DNA of 64,000 nucleotides from an uncultured Chloroflexia bacterium (GCA_963799245.1 CAWCWN010000003.1:1556463-1620462), one strand, 5' to 3'. Shown: positions 38,313 through 48,673, counted from the first letter of the stretch. Notes: a model not told the origin generated them from the sequence alone. Translations and numbers: made by a program.

Positions 38313-39767
38313 TTAGTACTCGCTTAACTGTATCTCTTCCTCGGGCTGCGCGCTATCAAGCTGAATGGCATGCTCATCGACGCCCTCGATCTCCCAGCGT
38401 TCCTGGGCATCGACCCACGTGTCTGCCTCCGTCTCAAGCTCTCCACTCATGCGCCGCACAATACTCCGCCGCAGGCGGCTGCGCAGATTCTCGAGGGGCA
38501 CGCGCTGCAGCACCGGCTCGAAGAAACCCTGGACGATAATGCGCTCGGCCTCTGGCTTTGCAATGCCGCGGACCATCAGGTAGAAGAGCTGCTCTTCATC
38601 AATCTGCCCGGTGGTCGCGCCATGGCTGGCGCTGACCTCGTTGGCTCCGATCTCCAGGCTGGGGATCGATTCCGCGCGGCACTCTCTGCTCAGGAGCAGC
38701 GTATGATCCGAGAGGAATGAGGCCGTCTGCTGGGCCTTGGGCTGTACACGGATCATGCCCTCGAACTCGACGCGCGAGTGGTCGGTCAATACGCCTTTAA
38801 CCAGCGTCTCAGCGTTGGTGGCAATAGCGCCGTGATCTGACAATGTATGCATCGTGAAGCGCTGGTCATGGTCGGTGAAGAAAACGCCCACCAGCTCCGC
38901 CACGCTGCCATGGCCAAACAGGGACGCGCCAATGTTGGCGAGGTTTACCCTGCTGCCCAGGTCGGCCAGAACCCAGGTTGAGCTGCCGTCTTTCTCATGG
39001 ATCGCATTCTTGTTGGTGACGTTCCACACATTCTGGCCGAGATCCTGCATGTTGCTGAACTCGACGCGCGCCGCGCTTTTGACGTGAACCTCGACGACAT
39101 CATTGAGGTAAGAAAGCCGCTCACCCTCGATATCCGAATTGTACTCGTTCACGAAGCGCACACTGCTCATCTCTTCCGCGACAATCAGTGTGTGGGCAAA
39201 GGTGGCCGAGGACGGCTCATCGAGCCAGATCTGGGCCAGGATCGGCTCCTCGATCTCAACTCCTCTGGGGATATACAGAAAGGTGCCGCCGCTCCAGAAG
39301 GCGGCGTGCAGAGCCGTATAGCTATTACTCTCAACCGCTACGCAGCTGGTCATAAAGTACTGCTGGACCAGTGCGGGGTGCTCGCGCACCGCCGTATCCA
39401 GGTCGGTCAGGATGACGCCCGCGCTGCGCAGTTGCTCATCGAGTTCGCTGCGCACCACCGAGGCATTGCGTTGCACGATCAGGCCTGCCCGTGTATCGAC
39501 CAGGGCCTCCTGCAGGGAGCGTTCGATGGTTCTGGACAGCGTGGCGCTGCCGTTGGCAGGCACATACGGGTTGATATCCTCAAACTTGAAATTCGCCATC
39601 GCCCGCGTTGTGCCCAGGTCACCGCGCCGGCCAAGCGGCGCAGGGGTGCTCGCATACACATCCCAGGCATACAGGCGCTTCTCCAGCATCCACGCCGGCT
39701 CTCCTTTCATGCGCGACAGCTCTTCTACCGCGTTGCGGGACAGGCCCAGTGCCAGCAAATTAGCCAT
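38313..39767 (-). CDS. sufD: Fe-S cluster assembly protein SufD (SufB/SufD family; [17 protein letters not shown] is SufD-like)
   Basis: C-terminal [26 protein letters not shown]. Overlaps sufC by 8 nt. Confidence 0.75.
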   Translation of the reverse strand: MANLLALGLSRNAVEELSRMKGEPAWMLEKRLYAWDVYASTPAPLGRRGDLGTTRAMANFKFEDINPYVPANGSATLSRTIERSLQEALVDTRAGLIVQRNASVVRSELDEQLRSAGVILTDLDTAVREHPALVQQYFMTSCVAVESNSYTALHAAFWSGGTFLYIPRGVEIEEPILAQIWLDEPSSATFAHTLIVAEEMSSVRFVNEYNSDIEGERLSYLNDVVEVHVKSAARVEFSNMQDLGQNVWNVTNKNAIHEKDGSSTWVLADLGSRVNLANIGASLFGHGSVAELVGVFFTDHDQRFTMHTLSDHGAIATNAETLVKGVLTDHSRVEFEGMIRVQPKAQQTASFLSDHTLLLSRECRAESIPSLEIGANEVSASHGATTGQIDEEQLFYLMVRGIAKPEAERIIVQGFFEPVLQRVPLENLRSRLRRSIVRRMSGELETEADTWVDAQERWEIEGVDEHAIQLDSAQPEEEIQLSEY

Positions 39768-40584
39768 TGACGCTCACCCCATTCTCTTCCTCGGCTGGCC
39801 TCAGCCATTCATACCCCTTCTCTTCGAGCTCCAGGGCCAGCTCTTTGCCGCCTGACTTGATGATACAGCCATTAAACATGACGTGCACAAAGTCGGGAGT
39901 GATATAGTTCAACATGCGCTGGTAGTGGGTGATGAGCAGGATGCCCAGATTGGGGCCTGTCAGCGCATTGACGCTCTCGGAGACGATTCTGAGGGCGTCG
40001 ATATCCAGGCCGGAATCTGTCTCATCCATGAGAGCGATCTCGGGCTCAAGCAAGGCCATCTGGAGAATCTCAGCGCGTTTCTTCTCTCCACCCGAGAAGC
40101 CATCGTTGATCGAGCGGTTAATAAAGCTATTGTCCACCTTGAGGAGGCGCATCTTTTCTTGCAGCAGGGTGCGGAACTCTCTGGGGGGAATGCTCTTGCG
40201 CCTGGCCATCTGCCCCGAGGGGCGCTCGCCCTCTTCAAGGGGCCGATTACCTTCGCGCACAGCTTCGAGAGAACGGCGCAAGAAGTTGGCCACGCTGACG
40301 CCGGGGATAGACATAGGATACTGGAAAGCCAGGAAGAGGCGCATGCGCGCGCGCCGGTCCGGCGAATATTCAAGGATATTCTCGTCTTTGAACCAGATCT
40401 CGCCATCAGTTACTTCATATTTGGGATTGCCCATGATGACGTTGGCGAGCGTGCTCTTGCCCGAGCCGTTGGGTCCCATCAGGGCATGGATTTCGCCCTG
40501 TTTGACGGTCAGATCGACACCGCGTAAAATTGGTTTGCCTTCGATGTTCGCATGCAGGTTTTTAATGATAAGTTCTGATGCCAT
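39760..40584 (-). CDS. sufC: Fe-S cluster assembly ATPase SufC
   Basis: [18 protein letters not shown] and [10 protein letters not shown] are present. Has an unusual ~27-aa insertion ([27 protein letters not shown]). Confidence 0.9.
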   Translation of the reverse strand: MASELIIKNLHANIEGKPILRGVDLTVKQGEIHALMGPNGSGKSTLANVIMGNPKYEVTDGEIWFKDENILEYSPDRRARMRLFLAFQYPMSIPGVSVANFLRRSLEAVREGNRPLEEGERPSGQMARRKSIPPREFRTLLQEKMRLLKVDNSFINRSINDGFSGGEKKRAEILQMALLEPEIALMDETDSGLDIDALRIVSESVNALTGPNLGILLITHYQRMLNYITPDFVHVMFNGCIIKSGGKELALELEEKGYEWLRPAEEENGVSVNG

Positions 40585-40602
40585 AGCAAAAACATATCCT
40601 CC

Positions 40603-41142
40603 TTAGGACAAGGGACGAACCTCAGGTTCGCTCTTTTGTGAGGGTAGGCTGAACCCCAGGTCCGTCACTACCCGAATATCTGAGAGAGCAATGAAGCGTG
40701 GTGAAGATTTGTACTCCTGTTCATGAGTTACCAGGTCGGCTAACGTCATGGTGTCAAGCGTCTGCGCGACGACATCTCGTAGTTTCGACCAGAGATACTT
40801 GGTGCGGCATGAGTCAAGAAAACCGCAGATCTGGGTCATCTCACCCTCGGTCGCGCAGATCATGGGAGCTATAGGCCCTTCCAGGACGCGTACAATCTCA
40901 CCCATGGTAATGCTCTCAGGGCTGCGATTTAAGCGGTAGCCACCGTGCGCTCCACGCGTGCTCACGACAAGTGATGGATTGGCCTCACGCAACAATTTCA
41001 CCAGTTGCTCAAGATAGGCCAGTGGCAGCCCTTCTGCCTTAGAAATATCAGTTAACGAGCGAGGATGCTCACTGTAGTGGCGAGCGAGATCGACCATGAT
41101 TCGCACGCCATACTCACCTTTGGTAGATATTCCTAAATTCAT
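40603..41142 (-). CDS. Rrf2-family transcriptional regulator (IscR/SufR-like, 3-Cys cluster ligands)
   Basis: GISTKGEYGVRIMVDLA HTH. Cys ligands in CATEGEMTQICGFLDSC. First gene of the suf operon. Confidence 0.8.
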   Translation of the reverse strand: MNLGISTKGEYGVRIMVDLARHYSEHPRSLTDISKAEGLPLAYLEQLVKLLREANPSLVVSTRGAHGGYRLNRSPESITMGEIVRVLEGPIAPMICATEGEMTQICGFLDSCRTKYLWSKLRDVVAQTLDTMTLADLVTHEQEYKSSPRFIALSDIRVVTDLGFSLPSQKSEPEVRPLS

Positions 41143-41368
41143 GGTTGTCTCCCTTCTCATTCGCCTGGTCTTTCGCAGCAGTCAACTATTCCGACCAAAT
41201 CACTAGGATATATTTTAGCACCTTTGGGAAGTAAGCGTCAACTGGGCTTTTGCCTGCCCCCTTCTACGTTACGCATTGAAACTTTCACCTATGCCGCAGT
41301 TGATTTGGTGCGGTCAGGTGCTCCGAGGGATTTGCTATGCCTGCGACTTCCATGCTACAATATAGACT

Positions 41369-41385
41369 GTTCCATTCGATGGAAC
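41369..41385. promoter_or_regulatory. 7-3-7 inverted repeat GTTCCAT-tcg-ATGGAAC just downstream of a TACAAT -10-like element in the pur operon leader
   Basis: Direct inspection, ~50 nt upstream of the purS GTG. Confidence 0.35.
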
Positions 41386-41433
41386 CAGTTATCCTAAGAC
41401 AGACAGGTACCATAACATGATGGGATAGATACA

Positions 41434-41724
41434 GTGACCGTCTTTCAAATCGAGGTGCGGACGAGGCAAGAGCAGCATGATGCGCAGGCTCAGCGCCTTG
41501 CTCGTGAAATTCTATATCTGCCGCCCGCTCTTCTACCTTCGCGGGCGCCCACCCCGGAGCACCCAATCATCCTTCGCAGCGCTCAACTCTACTATCTGAC
41601 CGGCGATCTCACTCATGAGCTGCTTGACCAGCTGATCGGCCAGCTCCTGGTTGATCCCGTCATCCAGGAGGCCCGTATGATTATCGGCTTCCTCCCCCCC
41701 GGCTCAATCTTCACACTTCGTTGA
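41434..41724 (+). CDS. purS: FGAM synthase PurS subunit
   Basis: VFQIEVRTRQEQHDAQAQRLAREIL...LLVDPVIQEARMI is the PurS fold (contains an insertion). GTG start. A C7 homopolymer run sits near the 3' end (see findings). Confidence 0.7.
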   Translation: MTVFQIEVRTRQEQHDAQAQRLAREILYLPPALLPSRAPTPEHPIILRSAQLYYLTGDLTHELLDQLIGQLLVDPVIQEARMIIGFLPPGSIFTLR

Positions 41725-41770
41725 TGTCTTCTTTCATCAGGGGGTCACCGACACACTTGCGGAAAGTGTT

Positions 41771-44497
41771 ATGGCCGGCGCGCGCATGCTCGGCATTTCG
41801 GGGCTAGAGCGGGTTGAAACCGGCCGGCGCTACGAACTCGATGGTCGCCTGAGCGCCGCTGAAGTAGGCAATATCGCTGAAGCCCTGCTCTATAATCCGG
41901 TCATTCAGCAGTACAGGCTTTTTACCGCTGGGTCGGGGGAGCCTCGGGAGAGCGACGCGACTACGGCGAACGCCATTGCCTGCACGCATATACCTGTGAC
42001 CAGCATGAGTGATGGCGAACTGCTCGCGGTGAGTAAACGCGGCCTGCTTGCTCTCGACCTGGCTGAAATGCGTGCCATCCAGCAGTACTATCGTGAACTG
42101 GGGCGAGAGCCGAGCGATGTCGAGCTGGAAACACTCGCTCAGACCTGGTCTGAACATTGTTCGCATAAGACGTTTAAGGCAGCGATCACGTACCGGGAGC
42201 AGGATAGCAATGGCGAGATGGTGGCCGAGGAGTCGATCGCGGGCGGCCTGCTCAAGCAGTACCTCATGCATGCGACGCAGCAGGTCAAACAGCCCTGGTT
42301 GGTCTCGGCCTTCAGCGATAACGCCGGTATTATTCGTTTCACGCCAACGCAGGATATCGCCTTCAAGGTTGAAACCCATAATCACCCCTCGGCTATCGAG
42401 CCCTTTGGCGGCGCAAATACGGGTGTGGGAGGAGTGATTCGCGATGTGCTGGGTGTATCGGCCTGGCCTATTGCCTGCACCGATATCCTCTGCTTCGGCC
42501 CCCTGGATACTCCCGTGGAGTCCCTACCGCCAGGCCTGCTCTCTCCACGTCGCATCGCAAGTGGGGTGATCAACGGCGTGCGTGATTATGGCAATAAAAT
42601 GGGTATTCCCACGGTCAACGGGGCCGTTCTCTACCAGCCGGGCTACCTGCATAATCCACTGGTTTTCTGTGGCTGCCTGGGGATCCTGCCTCATGGGAGC
42701 CATCCCAGGAGCGTCCAGCCAGGGCACCGTATCGTCGTACTGGGCGGCCGCAGCGGGCGCGATGGTATTCATGGTGCCACATTCTCATCCGGTGAGATGA
42801 GCAGCGAAATCAATGCTCAGGCAGGCAGCTCCGTGCAGATTGGTGCGCCCATTACCGAGAAAAAGGTTGCCGATGTAATTGTGCAGGCGCGTGATCGACG
42901 CCTGTATTCAGCAATCACGGACTGCGGCGCAGGCGGTCTCTCATCGGCTATCGGCGAGATGGGCGCCGCTATGGGAGCGTATGTTGAGCTGGAGAAAGCT
43001 CCTCTCAAGTATCAGGGACTGGCCCCGTGGGAAATCTGGCTCTCGGAGGCCCAGGAGCGCATGGTTCTGGCGGTTCCACCTGAAAACATGGAGGAACTGC
43101 TGGCCATTTGCGATATTGAAGAGGTTGAGGCAAGCATTATCGGCACCTTCACCGGCGATCAACGCCTGCTTGTGACTTACCAGGGAGAGGTCGTCGCCGA
43201 GCTCACCATGGAATTTTTGCATGCTGGCAGACCGGCGAGAAAGCTAGACGCGCTCTGGACCTGGAAGGCGCAGCCCTGGGATCGGTCCTCGGCCGACGTT
43301 TTTAGCGCTTACCACACAGACAGGCTTGACGCAGCTCACTGCGAAAGCGCCTTACTGGCGTTGCTCAGGCATCCCAACATTGCCTCCAAGGAGGCTGTCG
43401 TACGTCGCTATGACCACGAGGTACAGGGCGCAACGGTTCTGAAACCTCTTGTAGGCAGGTCAGGTAACGGCCCGGGTGATGCCGCAGTACTGAGGCCCAT
43501 GTTAACTGAAGATAGCGCTATGGGCGTAGTCGTGTCCAATGGCGTCAACCCTCTCTATGGCAGCATCGATCCGTATCACATGGCGACCAATGCTGTCGAT
43601 GAGGCCCTGCGTAATCTGACGGCTGTAGGCGGTGATATCGCTCGCGCCGCCATCCTCGATAATTTCTGCTGGGGCAATCCCAACGATCCTGAGCAGCTGG
43701 GCATGCTTGTGCGTGCCGTCAAGGGCTGCTATGCCGCCGCTGTCGGCTTCGGCACACCCTTTATCTCCGGCAAAGATAGCCTCAACAATGAGTATCGCGC
43801 CGCCGGGCGGCGTTTGCCTGTTTTGCCAACCCTGGTTATTTCGGCCGTGGGTGTCATCGAGGATGTCAGCCGGACCATTGATATGTCACTTAAGGCACCC
43901 GCTAACCTGCTCTACCTGCTTGGCGTAACCCGTGGAGAGCTGGCCGGTTCCCATTATGCAGAGGTGATTGGTCGCGACCGCTTTACACGGCTGTTCCCAT
44001 TTACAAAGGTGCCGCAGGTACATTTCGCGCGCGCCTCCACTACTATGCAGGCGCTGGGAGCTGCCATCCGCCAGGGACTGGTCTGTGCCTGTCACGATCT
44101 TTCAGAGGGCGGACTGGCCGTTGCCCTGGCAGAGATGGCCATAGCTGGCGGCCGGGGGGTGCAGGTGCATCTACACTCTCCTGCTCCACAACAGGACCCT
44201 CAGCGCGATAGCTGGCATATAGCGCAGTTGTTCGCTGAGTCGGCCTCGCGCTTCATCGTCGAAGTGACGCCCGCGCAGCAGGCGGCTTTTGAGCAGCATA
44301 TGCGCAACAGCGCCAGCATGGATGTGCAGCACATTGGCACGGTCACCTCTACTGGCGACTTTGTCATTGATTGTAGCGGCGAGCTTATCTCATTGCCCAT
44401 AACACAGCTACAAGAGGCGTGGGAAGGGAGGGACTTGAAATCCATACCTTCAACGCCGCTAATTACCCGCCCCCCGGGCGGGGTGGCGGCTAGCTAA
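41771..44497 (+). CDS. purL: phosphoribosylformylglycinamidine synthase subunit PurL, with extra N-terminal PurS-like half-domain
   Basis: ...AQTWSEHCSHKTF..., tandem AIRS-like domains. The first ~50 aa (LGISGLERVETGRRYELDG...ALLYNPVIQQYRLF) resemble the C-terminal half of PurS. Confidence 0.9.
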   Translation: MAGARMLGISGLERVETGRRYELDGRLSAAEVGNIAEALLYNPVIQQYRLFTAGSGEPRESDATTANAIACTHIPVTSMSDGELLAVSKRGLLALDLAEMRAIQQYYRELGREPSDVELETLAQTWSEHCSHKTFKAAITYREQDSNGEMVAEESIAGGLLKQYLMHATQQVKQPWLVSAFSDNAGIIRFTPTQDIAFKVETHNHPSAIEPFGGANTGVGGVIRDVLGVSAWPIACTDILCFGPLDTPVESLPPGLLSPRRIASGVINGVRDYGNKMGIPTVNGAVLYQPGYLHNPLVFCGCLGILPHGSHPRSVQPGHRIVVLGGRSGRDGIHGATFSSGEMSSEINAQAGSSVQIGAPITEKKVADVIVQARDRRLYSAITDCGAGGLSSAIGEMGAAMGAYVELEKAPLKYQGLAPWEIWLSEAQERMVLAVPPENMEELLAICDIEEVEASIIGTFTGDQRLLVTYQGEVVAELTMEFLHAGRPARKLDALWTWKAQPWDRSSADVFSAYHTDRLDAAHCESALLALLRHPNIASKEAVVRRYDHEVQGATVLKPLVGRSGNGPGDAAVLRPMLTEDSAMGVVVSNGVNPLYGSIDPYHMATNAVDEALRNLTAVGGDIARAAILDNFCWGNPNDPEQLGMLVRAVKGCYAAAVGFGTPFISGKDSLNNEYRAAGRRLPVLPTLVISAVGVIEDVSRTIDMSLKAPANLLYLLGVTRGELAGSHYAEVIGRDRFTRLFPFTKVPQVHFARASTTMQALGAAIRQGLVCACHDLSEGGLAVALAEMAIAGGRGVQVHLHSPAPQQDPQRDSWHIAQLFAESASRFIVEVTPAQQAAFEQHMRNSASMDVQHIGTVTSTGDFVIDCSGELISLPITQLQEAWEGRDLKSIPSTPLITRPPGGVAAS

Positions 44498-44528
44498 CGC
44501 TCAGAAGGCATGAAAGGAGGAGAGACAC

Positions 44529-46379
44529 ATGACGCGAGCGCTGGTACTGCGCGCTCCAGGCATTAATTGCGAACATGAGACGGCCTATGCCTGTCGCCAG
44601 GTCGGTTTTACCACCGACCTCATGCATATCAACCAGCTGATCAAGGCGCCTGCGTGTCTGCTGGATTATAGCCTGCTGGTTATTCCAGGCGGCTTCTCCT
44701 ACGGAGATGACCTCGGTGCAGGTACGCTCCTGGCCAGGAACCTGAAAGTCCACCTTGCTGCCCAGCTGGAGCGATTTATAGGCCAGGGGCGCCTGATACT
44801 CGGCATCTGTAACGGCTTCCAGGTCCTGGTGAAGGCGGGACTTCTAGCCGGCCATGCCGCGTCTGACGATCAGAAACCTGTCGCAGCCAGCCTGATCGAG
44901 AATGCCTCGGCGCAATTCGAGTGCCGCTGGGTCACATTGAATGTGCAGCGCAGCGCATGTGTCTTCACGCGGGCTATAGGCCGGCCACTTGAACTACCGG
45001 TTGCTCATGGGGAGGGCCAGTTTGTCCTGGGCGAAGCGGGCCTTGAGGCCATATCAAGGCTTGATGGCCGTATTCCCCTGGTATATGCCGCGCGCGCGGG
45101 CAGTGAGGTAGCCTACCCGGACAACCCCAATGGCTCGCTCGCTAATATCGCAGGCGTGTGCAATGCCGCGGGCACTATCTTTGGCCTGATGCCCCATCCC
45201 GAACGCTATGTCTCGGCGCTCCAGCATCCAGAGCGTAGAGCGCGGGCGGATGCTGAGGGTGACGGGCTATTGATCTTTCGCAATGCATACATATACGCCC
45301 GGGAACTGGCCGCAGGATCGCGGGCGCCTGTGGCCGCGGCAGCGGCCGGCCCGGACGTCCGGGCATCTTATGCCGCCAGTGGAGTAGATATCGCGGCGGC
45401 CGACACAGCCAGAGAGCTTATGCAGGCGGCCGTTAAAGCAACGCAGGGGCCGCAGGTCCTTGCGGGTATGGGGGCCTTTGCTGGCGTGCTGGGCGCCAGC
45501 AGCATCCAGCAGATGCGCAAACCGGCCCTTGTCGCCTCGACGGATGGTGTTGGTACGAAAACACTCATCGCGGCCCGGGCTGGACGCTTTGAAACGCTTG
45601 GCTATGACCTCGTCAACCACTCGGTCAATGACCTGCTGACAGCAGGGGCCACGCCGCTGTTCTTTATGGACTATCTTGCCAGCGGCAAACTCGATCCCGT
45701 GGAGGCCGCGACGATTGTGCGTGGCGTTGCCGAGGCCTGCCGTGAGGTCGGCTGCGCCCTGCTGGGAGGAGAAACGGCCGAGATGCCAGGCGTCTACCTG
45801 GAGGGAGCCTTTGATCTAGCCGGGACCATTGTCGGTGTAGTTGAACAGGATGCCATGATCAATGGCGCGGCGATTGCTGCCGGCGACGTTATACTGGGCC
45901 TCCCCTCCAGCGGCCTGCACACAAATGGCTATTCGCTGGCGCGGCGGATCTTTGCGGCGTATGACCTGGACACGGTCTTTCCTGAATTGGGCGAGCCGTT
46001 GGCAGATGCCTTGCTGCGCCCACATCGCTGCTACCTGCAGGCGATCACACATATCCGCTCCTACCTGGCCGAGCGAGATCACCTTATAAAGGGCATGGCC
46101 CATATCACTGGCGGTGGGATTAAAGGCAATCTCGCCCGTATCCTGCCGCAGGGGACGCGCGCGATTATCGAGACCACCGCCTGGGCCGTTCCACCTCTTT
46201 TCACCTTGCTGGCGCGCCTGGGCCTGGTCAGCTCTGATGAGATGTACCGCGCCCTGAATATGGGTATCGGCATGGTGCTCGTGCTCTCTCCCCAGGGAGC
46301 AAGCGAGGCCGTCAGAGGCTACCCGGAACTGCTCGTCATCGGGCATATCAGCGCGGGCACAGGCGTAGTTTTGCGATAG
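44529..46379 (+). CDS. purQ-purM: fusion protein: FGAM synthase glutaminase subunit PurQ (aa 1-~265) fused to AIR synthetase PurM (aa ~280-616)
   Basis: Single 616-aa ORF. N-terminus LILGICNGFQVLVKAGLL...MPHPER is a class-I GATase. Ala-rich linker. C-terminus GVDIAAADTA...STDGVGTK...DYLASGKLD...GGETAEMPGVY is PurM. Confidence 0.85.
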   Translation: MTRALVLRAPGINCEHETAYACRQVGFTTDLMHINQLIKAPACLLDYSLLVIPGGFSYGDDLGAGTLLARNLKVHLAAQLERFIGQGRLILGICNGFQVLVKAGLLAGHAASDDQKPVAASLIENASAQFECRWVTLNVQRSACVFTRAIGRPLELPVAHGEGQFVLGEAGLEAISRLDGRIPLVYAARAGSEVAYPDNPNGSLANIAGVCNAAGTIFGLMPHPERYVSALQHPERRARADAEGDGLLIFRNAYIYARELAAGSRAPVAAAAAGPDVRASYAASGVDIAAADTARELMQAAVKATQGPQVLAGMGAFAGVLGASSIQQMRKPALVASTDGVGTKTLIAARAGRFETLGYDLVNHSVNDLLTAGATPLFFMDYLASGKLDPVEAATIVRGVAEACREVGCALLGGETAEMPGVYLEGAFDLAGTIVGVVEQDAMINGAAIAAGDVILGLPSSGLHTNGYSLARRIFAAYDLDTVFPELGEPLADALLRPHRCYLQAITHIRSYLAERDHLIKGMAHITGGGIKGNLARILPQGTRAIIETTAWAVPPLFTLLARLGLVSSDEMYRALNMGIGMVLVLSPQGASEAVRGYPELLVIGHISAGTGVVLR

Positions 46380-46408
46380 TGTAGTGTTTGTAGTTAAGGA
46401 AGGATGCG

Positions 46409-47182
46409 ATGATAGATAACCCGCGTTTCGGCCCGCTCATAGCCGAGGGCAAAACAAAAATGATCTATGCATATCCGGGCGACGCCGGCCTGGCCTTCAT
46501 GGTCAACAAAGATCAGATCACGGCGGGTGACGGCACCCGGCGCGATGAGCTGGCCGGCAAATCGCGCTGGAGCACCATTACCACCGCTAACGTCTTTAAA
46601 CTGTTGAACGCAGAGGGTATCGCTACTCACCTGGTCGAACAGATCAATGACGTGACTCTGCTGGTGCGCTTCTGTGCTATGCTTCCGGTCGAGCAGGTCC
46701 AGCGGCGCATCGCCACAGGTTCTTATTTACGGCGCCACCCTGAAGTTCACGAGGGAACCCGCTTTGAGCCTGTCCTTGTTGAGACCTTTCTCAAAGATGA
46801 TGCGCGCCATGATCCTCAGATCTGGGCCGCAGATATTCTGAAAATGGAGCTGGCAAGCGACCAGGAGATCGTATGGATGGCCGAGCTCGGACAGCGTGTC
46901 TTTGTCGCCCTTGAACGCGCATGGGCCACGCTGGATGTGACGCTGGTCGATCTGAAAATTGAATTTGGGCGTGATAACTCGGGGCAGCTCCTGGTCGCCG
47001 ATGTGATTGATAACGATAGCTGGCGTCTATGGCCCGGCGGCGACAAAACACGTATGCTGGATAAGCAGGTCTATCGCAACCTGCAAGCCGTGACCGAACA
47101 AGACCTGCAGACTATTGCTGACCGCTACGCCTTTGTCGCCGATCTAACGGGTAGACTCGCAGCCCGGCGCCAGGAAAAATGA
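46409..47182 (+). CDS. purC: SAICAR synthetase
   Basis: EGKTKMIY...LVDLKIEFG. Confidence 0.9.
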   Translation: MIDNPRFGPLIAEGKTKMIYAYPGDAGLAFMVNKDQITAGDGTRRDELAGKSRWSTITTANVFKLLNAEGIATHLVEQINDVTLLVRFCAMLPVEQVQRRIATGSYLRRHPEVHEGTRFEPVLVETFLKDDARHDPQIWAADILKMELASDQEIVWMAELGQRVFVALERAWATLDVTLVDLKIEFGRDNSGQLLVADVIDNDSWRLWPGGDKTRMLDKQVYRNLQAVTEQDLQTIADRYAFVADLTGRLAARRQEK

Positions 47183-47194
47183 AAGGAGAAGCAC

Positions 47195-48673
47195 ATGGAG
47201 CGTTTGCACGATGCCTGCGGTGTGGTAGGCTTTTACGCCCGGCCCGCTTTTGAGCAAACCATCGACGTCCGGAGCTACATCACCCTCGCTCTCTCCGCCC
47301 TGCAACATCGAGGCCAGGAGAGTGCCGGTATGGCTGTGTATGATGGCGCGGGCACGATCGTGCATCGCGTTGGCATGGGCAAGGTGCGCGAGGTCTTCTC
47401 CGACAGCGGTAAGGGTCTGCCGCAGACAAACTGTGGCATTGGCCACGTCCGTTACTCCACCACCGGCTCAAGCTGCGTGGAGAATGCAGGTCCCTTTGTC
47501 GCAAACCACGATCAGCAGCAGTCTATTGCTGTTGCCCATAACGGCGACCTCGTCAATGGCCCTGCGCTGCGCCAGCTGCTGCCCCGTGAGCTCCTGAATT
47601 CTACGACTGATAGCGAGGCCATTGCCTGGCTGCTGCTGCATGCTGATGGCGCCAGCCTGCGTGAGCGTATGATCGAGGTCTTCCCCCTCCTGCGTGGCTC
47701 ATATAGCCTGGTGCTCCTGGCGGAGGGCAAACTCTACGCCATGCGCGATCCCTGGGGTATGCGCCCCCTCTGCCTGGGCCGTATCGGCGCCAGCTGGATC
47801 GTGACTTCAGAGTCGTGCGCTTTAGATCGCATGGGTGCTGACTTTATCCGTAAAGTGGAGCCCGGTGAACTGATTACCATTGATGAGCAGGGTTTGCACT
47901 CGGAGATCCTGGTGCGCTTACCACGTCAATCCCTGTGCGTCTTTGAATATATTTACTTCTCTGACGCGACCAGCCAGGTAAATGGCCGCTTCGTCTATGA
48001 GGTGCGTGAAGCACTGGGGCGCGAGCTGGCCAAAGAGCATCCTGTTGACGCGGACCTGGTTGTTCCGGTGCCCGATTCTTCGATCCCCGCGGCGCTGGCT
48101 TATGCGACCGCGTCAGGTATACCGTATGGTCAGGCCATCATCAAGAACCGCTACAGCGATCGCACGTTCATCAAGCCGGATCAACGTCTGCGCCAGTTGG
48201 AGGTAGACCTGAAATTCAACCTTGTCAAACCCAAAATTGCTGGAGCCCGCCTGGTGATCGTCGACGACTCGATTGTGCGCGGCAATACCATGAAACGCCT
48301 GGTGGCGGCGCTGCGCAATCGAGGAGCCAGGGAGATACACCTGCGTTCGAGCGCACCTCCATTGCGCTATCCCTGCTACTTCGGCATCGATATCCCTCAG
48401 GAGAGTGAGTTGATAGCCGCTGACCGCAGTATTGCGGAGATTGCCGACTATATCGGGGTGGATAGCCTGGGCTACCTGAGCATAGCGGGCCTTGGCCGCG
48501 CCATTGCCGCGGTCAGCGGTGACAGCATCGCGGATGATGAGGCGGCCAGGAGTAGCCTGCACAGCGAGTTCTGCTATGGCTGTATGCAGCGGGAGGGCTG
48601 GCCGTTCGATCCTCTGCAGGCGAAATTTATAGTGCCGCGCAGGCGGGATAGTGTCATGCGGGGAGCTCAATAA
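47195..48673 (+). CDS. purF: amidophosphoribosyltransferase
   Basis: ACGVVGF...LQHRGQESAGMAV...VVPVPDS...VIVDDSIVRGNT... Confidence 0.95.
   Translation: MERLHDACGVVGFYARPAFEQTIDVRSYITLALSALQHRGQESAGMAVYDGAGTIVHRVGMGKVREVFSDSGKGLPQTNCGIGHVRYSTTGSSCVENAGPFVANHDQQQSIAVAHNGDLVNGPALRQLLPRELLNSTTDSEAIAWLLLHADGASLRERMIEVFPLLRGSYSLVLLAEGKLYAMRDPWGMRPLCLGRIGASWIVTSESCALDRMGADFIRKVEPGELITIDEQGLHSEILVRLPRQSLCVFEYIYFSDATSQVNGRFVYEVREALGRELAKEHPVDADLVVPVPDSSIPAALAYATASGIPYGQAIIKNRYSDRTFIKPDQRLRQLEVDLKFNLVKPKIAGARLVIVDDSIVRGNTMKRLVAALRNRGAREIHLRSSAPPLRYPCYFGIDIPQESELIAADRSIAEIADYIGVDSLGYLSIAGLGRAIAAVSGDSIADDEAARSSLHSEFCYGCMQREGWPFDPLQAKFIVPRRRDSVMRGAQ

Noticed and set aside
38997-40606. Plus-strand ORFs (257, 214, 225 aa) inside sufD/sufC
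   Set aside because: Antisense to conserved suf genes.
41161-41433. Possible purine/ZTP riboswitch in the pur operon leader
   Set aside because: Scanned by eye for the conserved purine-riboswitch (UAUA...CCGUAAAU) and ZTP (GGGUCGUGAC...CCGGGCGGA) cores; neither is present. Only an inverted-repeat operator candidate was found.
41804-42385. 193-aa minus-strand ORF inside purL; similarly 45816..46346 inside purQ-purM
   Set aside because: Antisense shadows in conserved biosynthetic genes.
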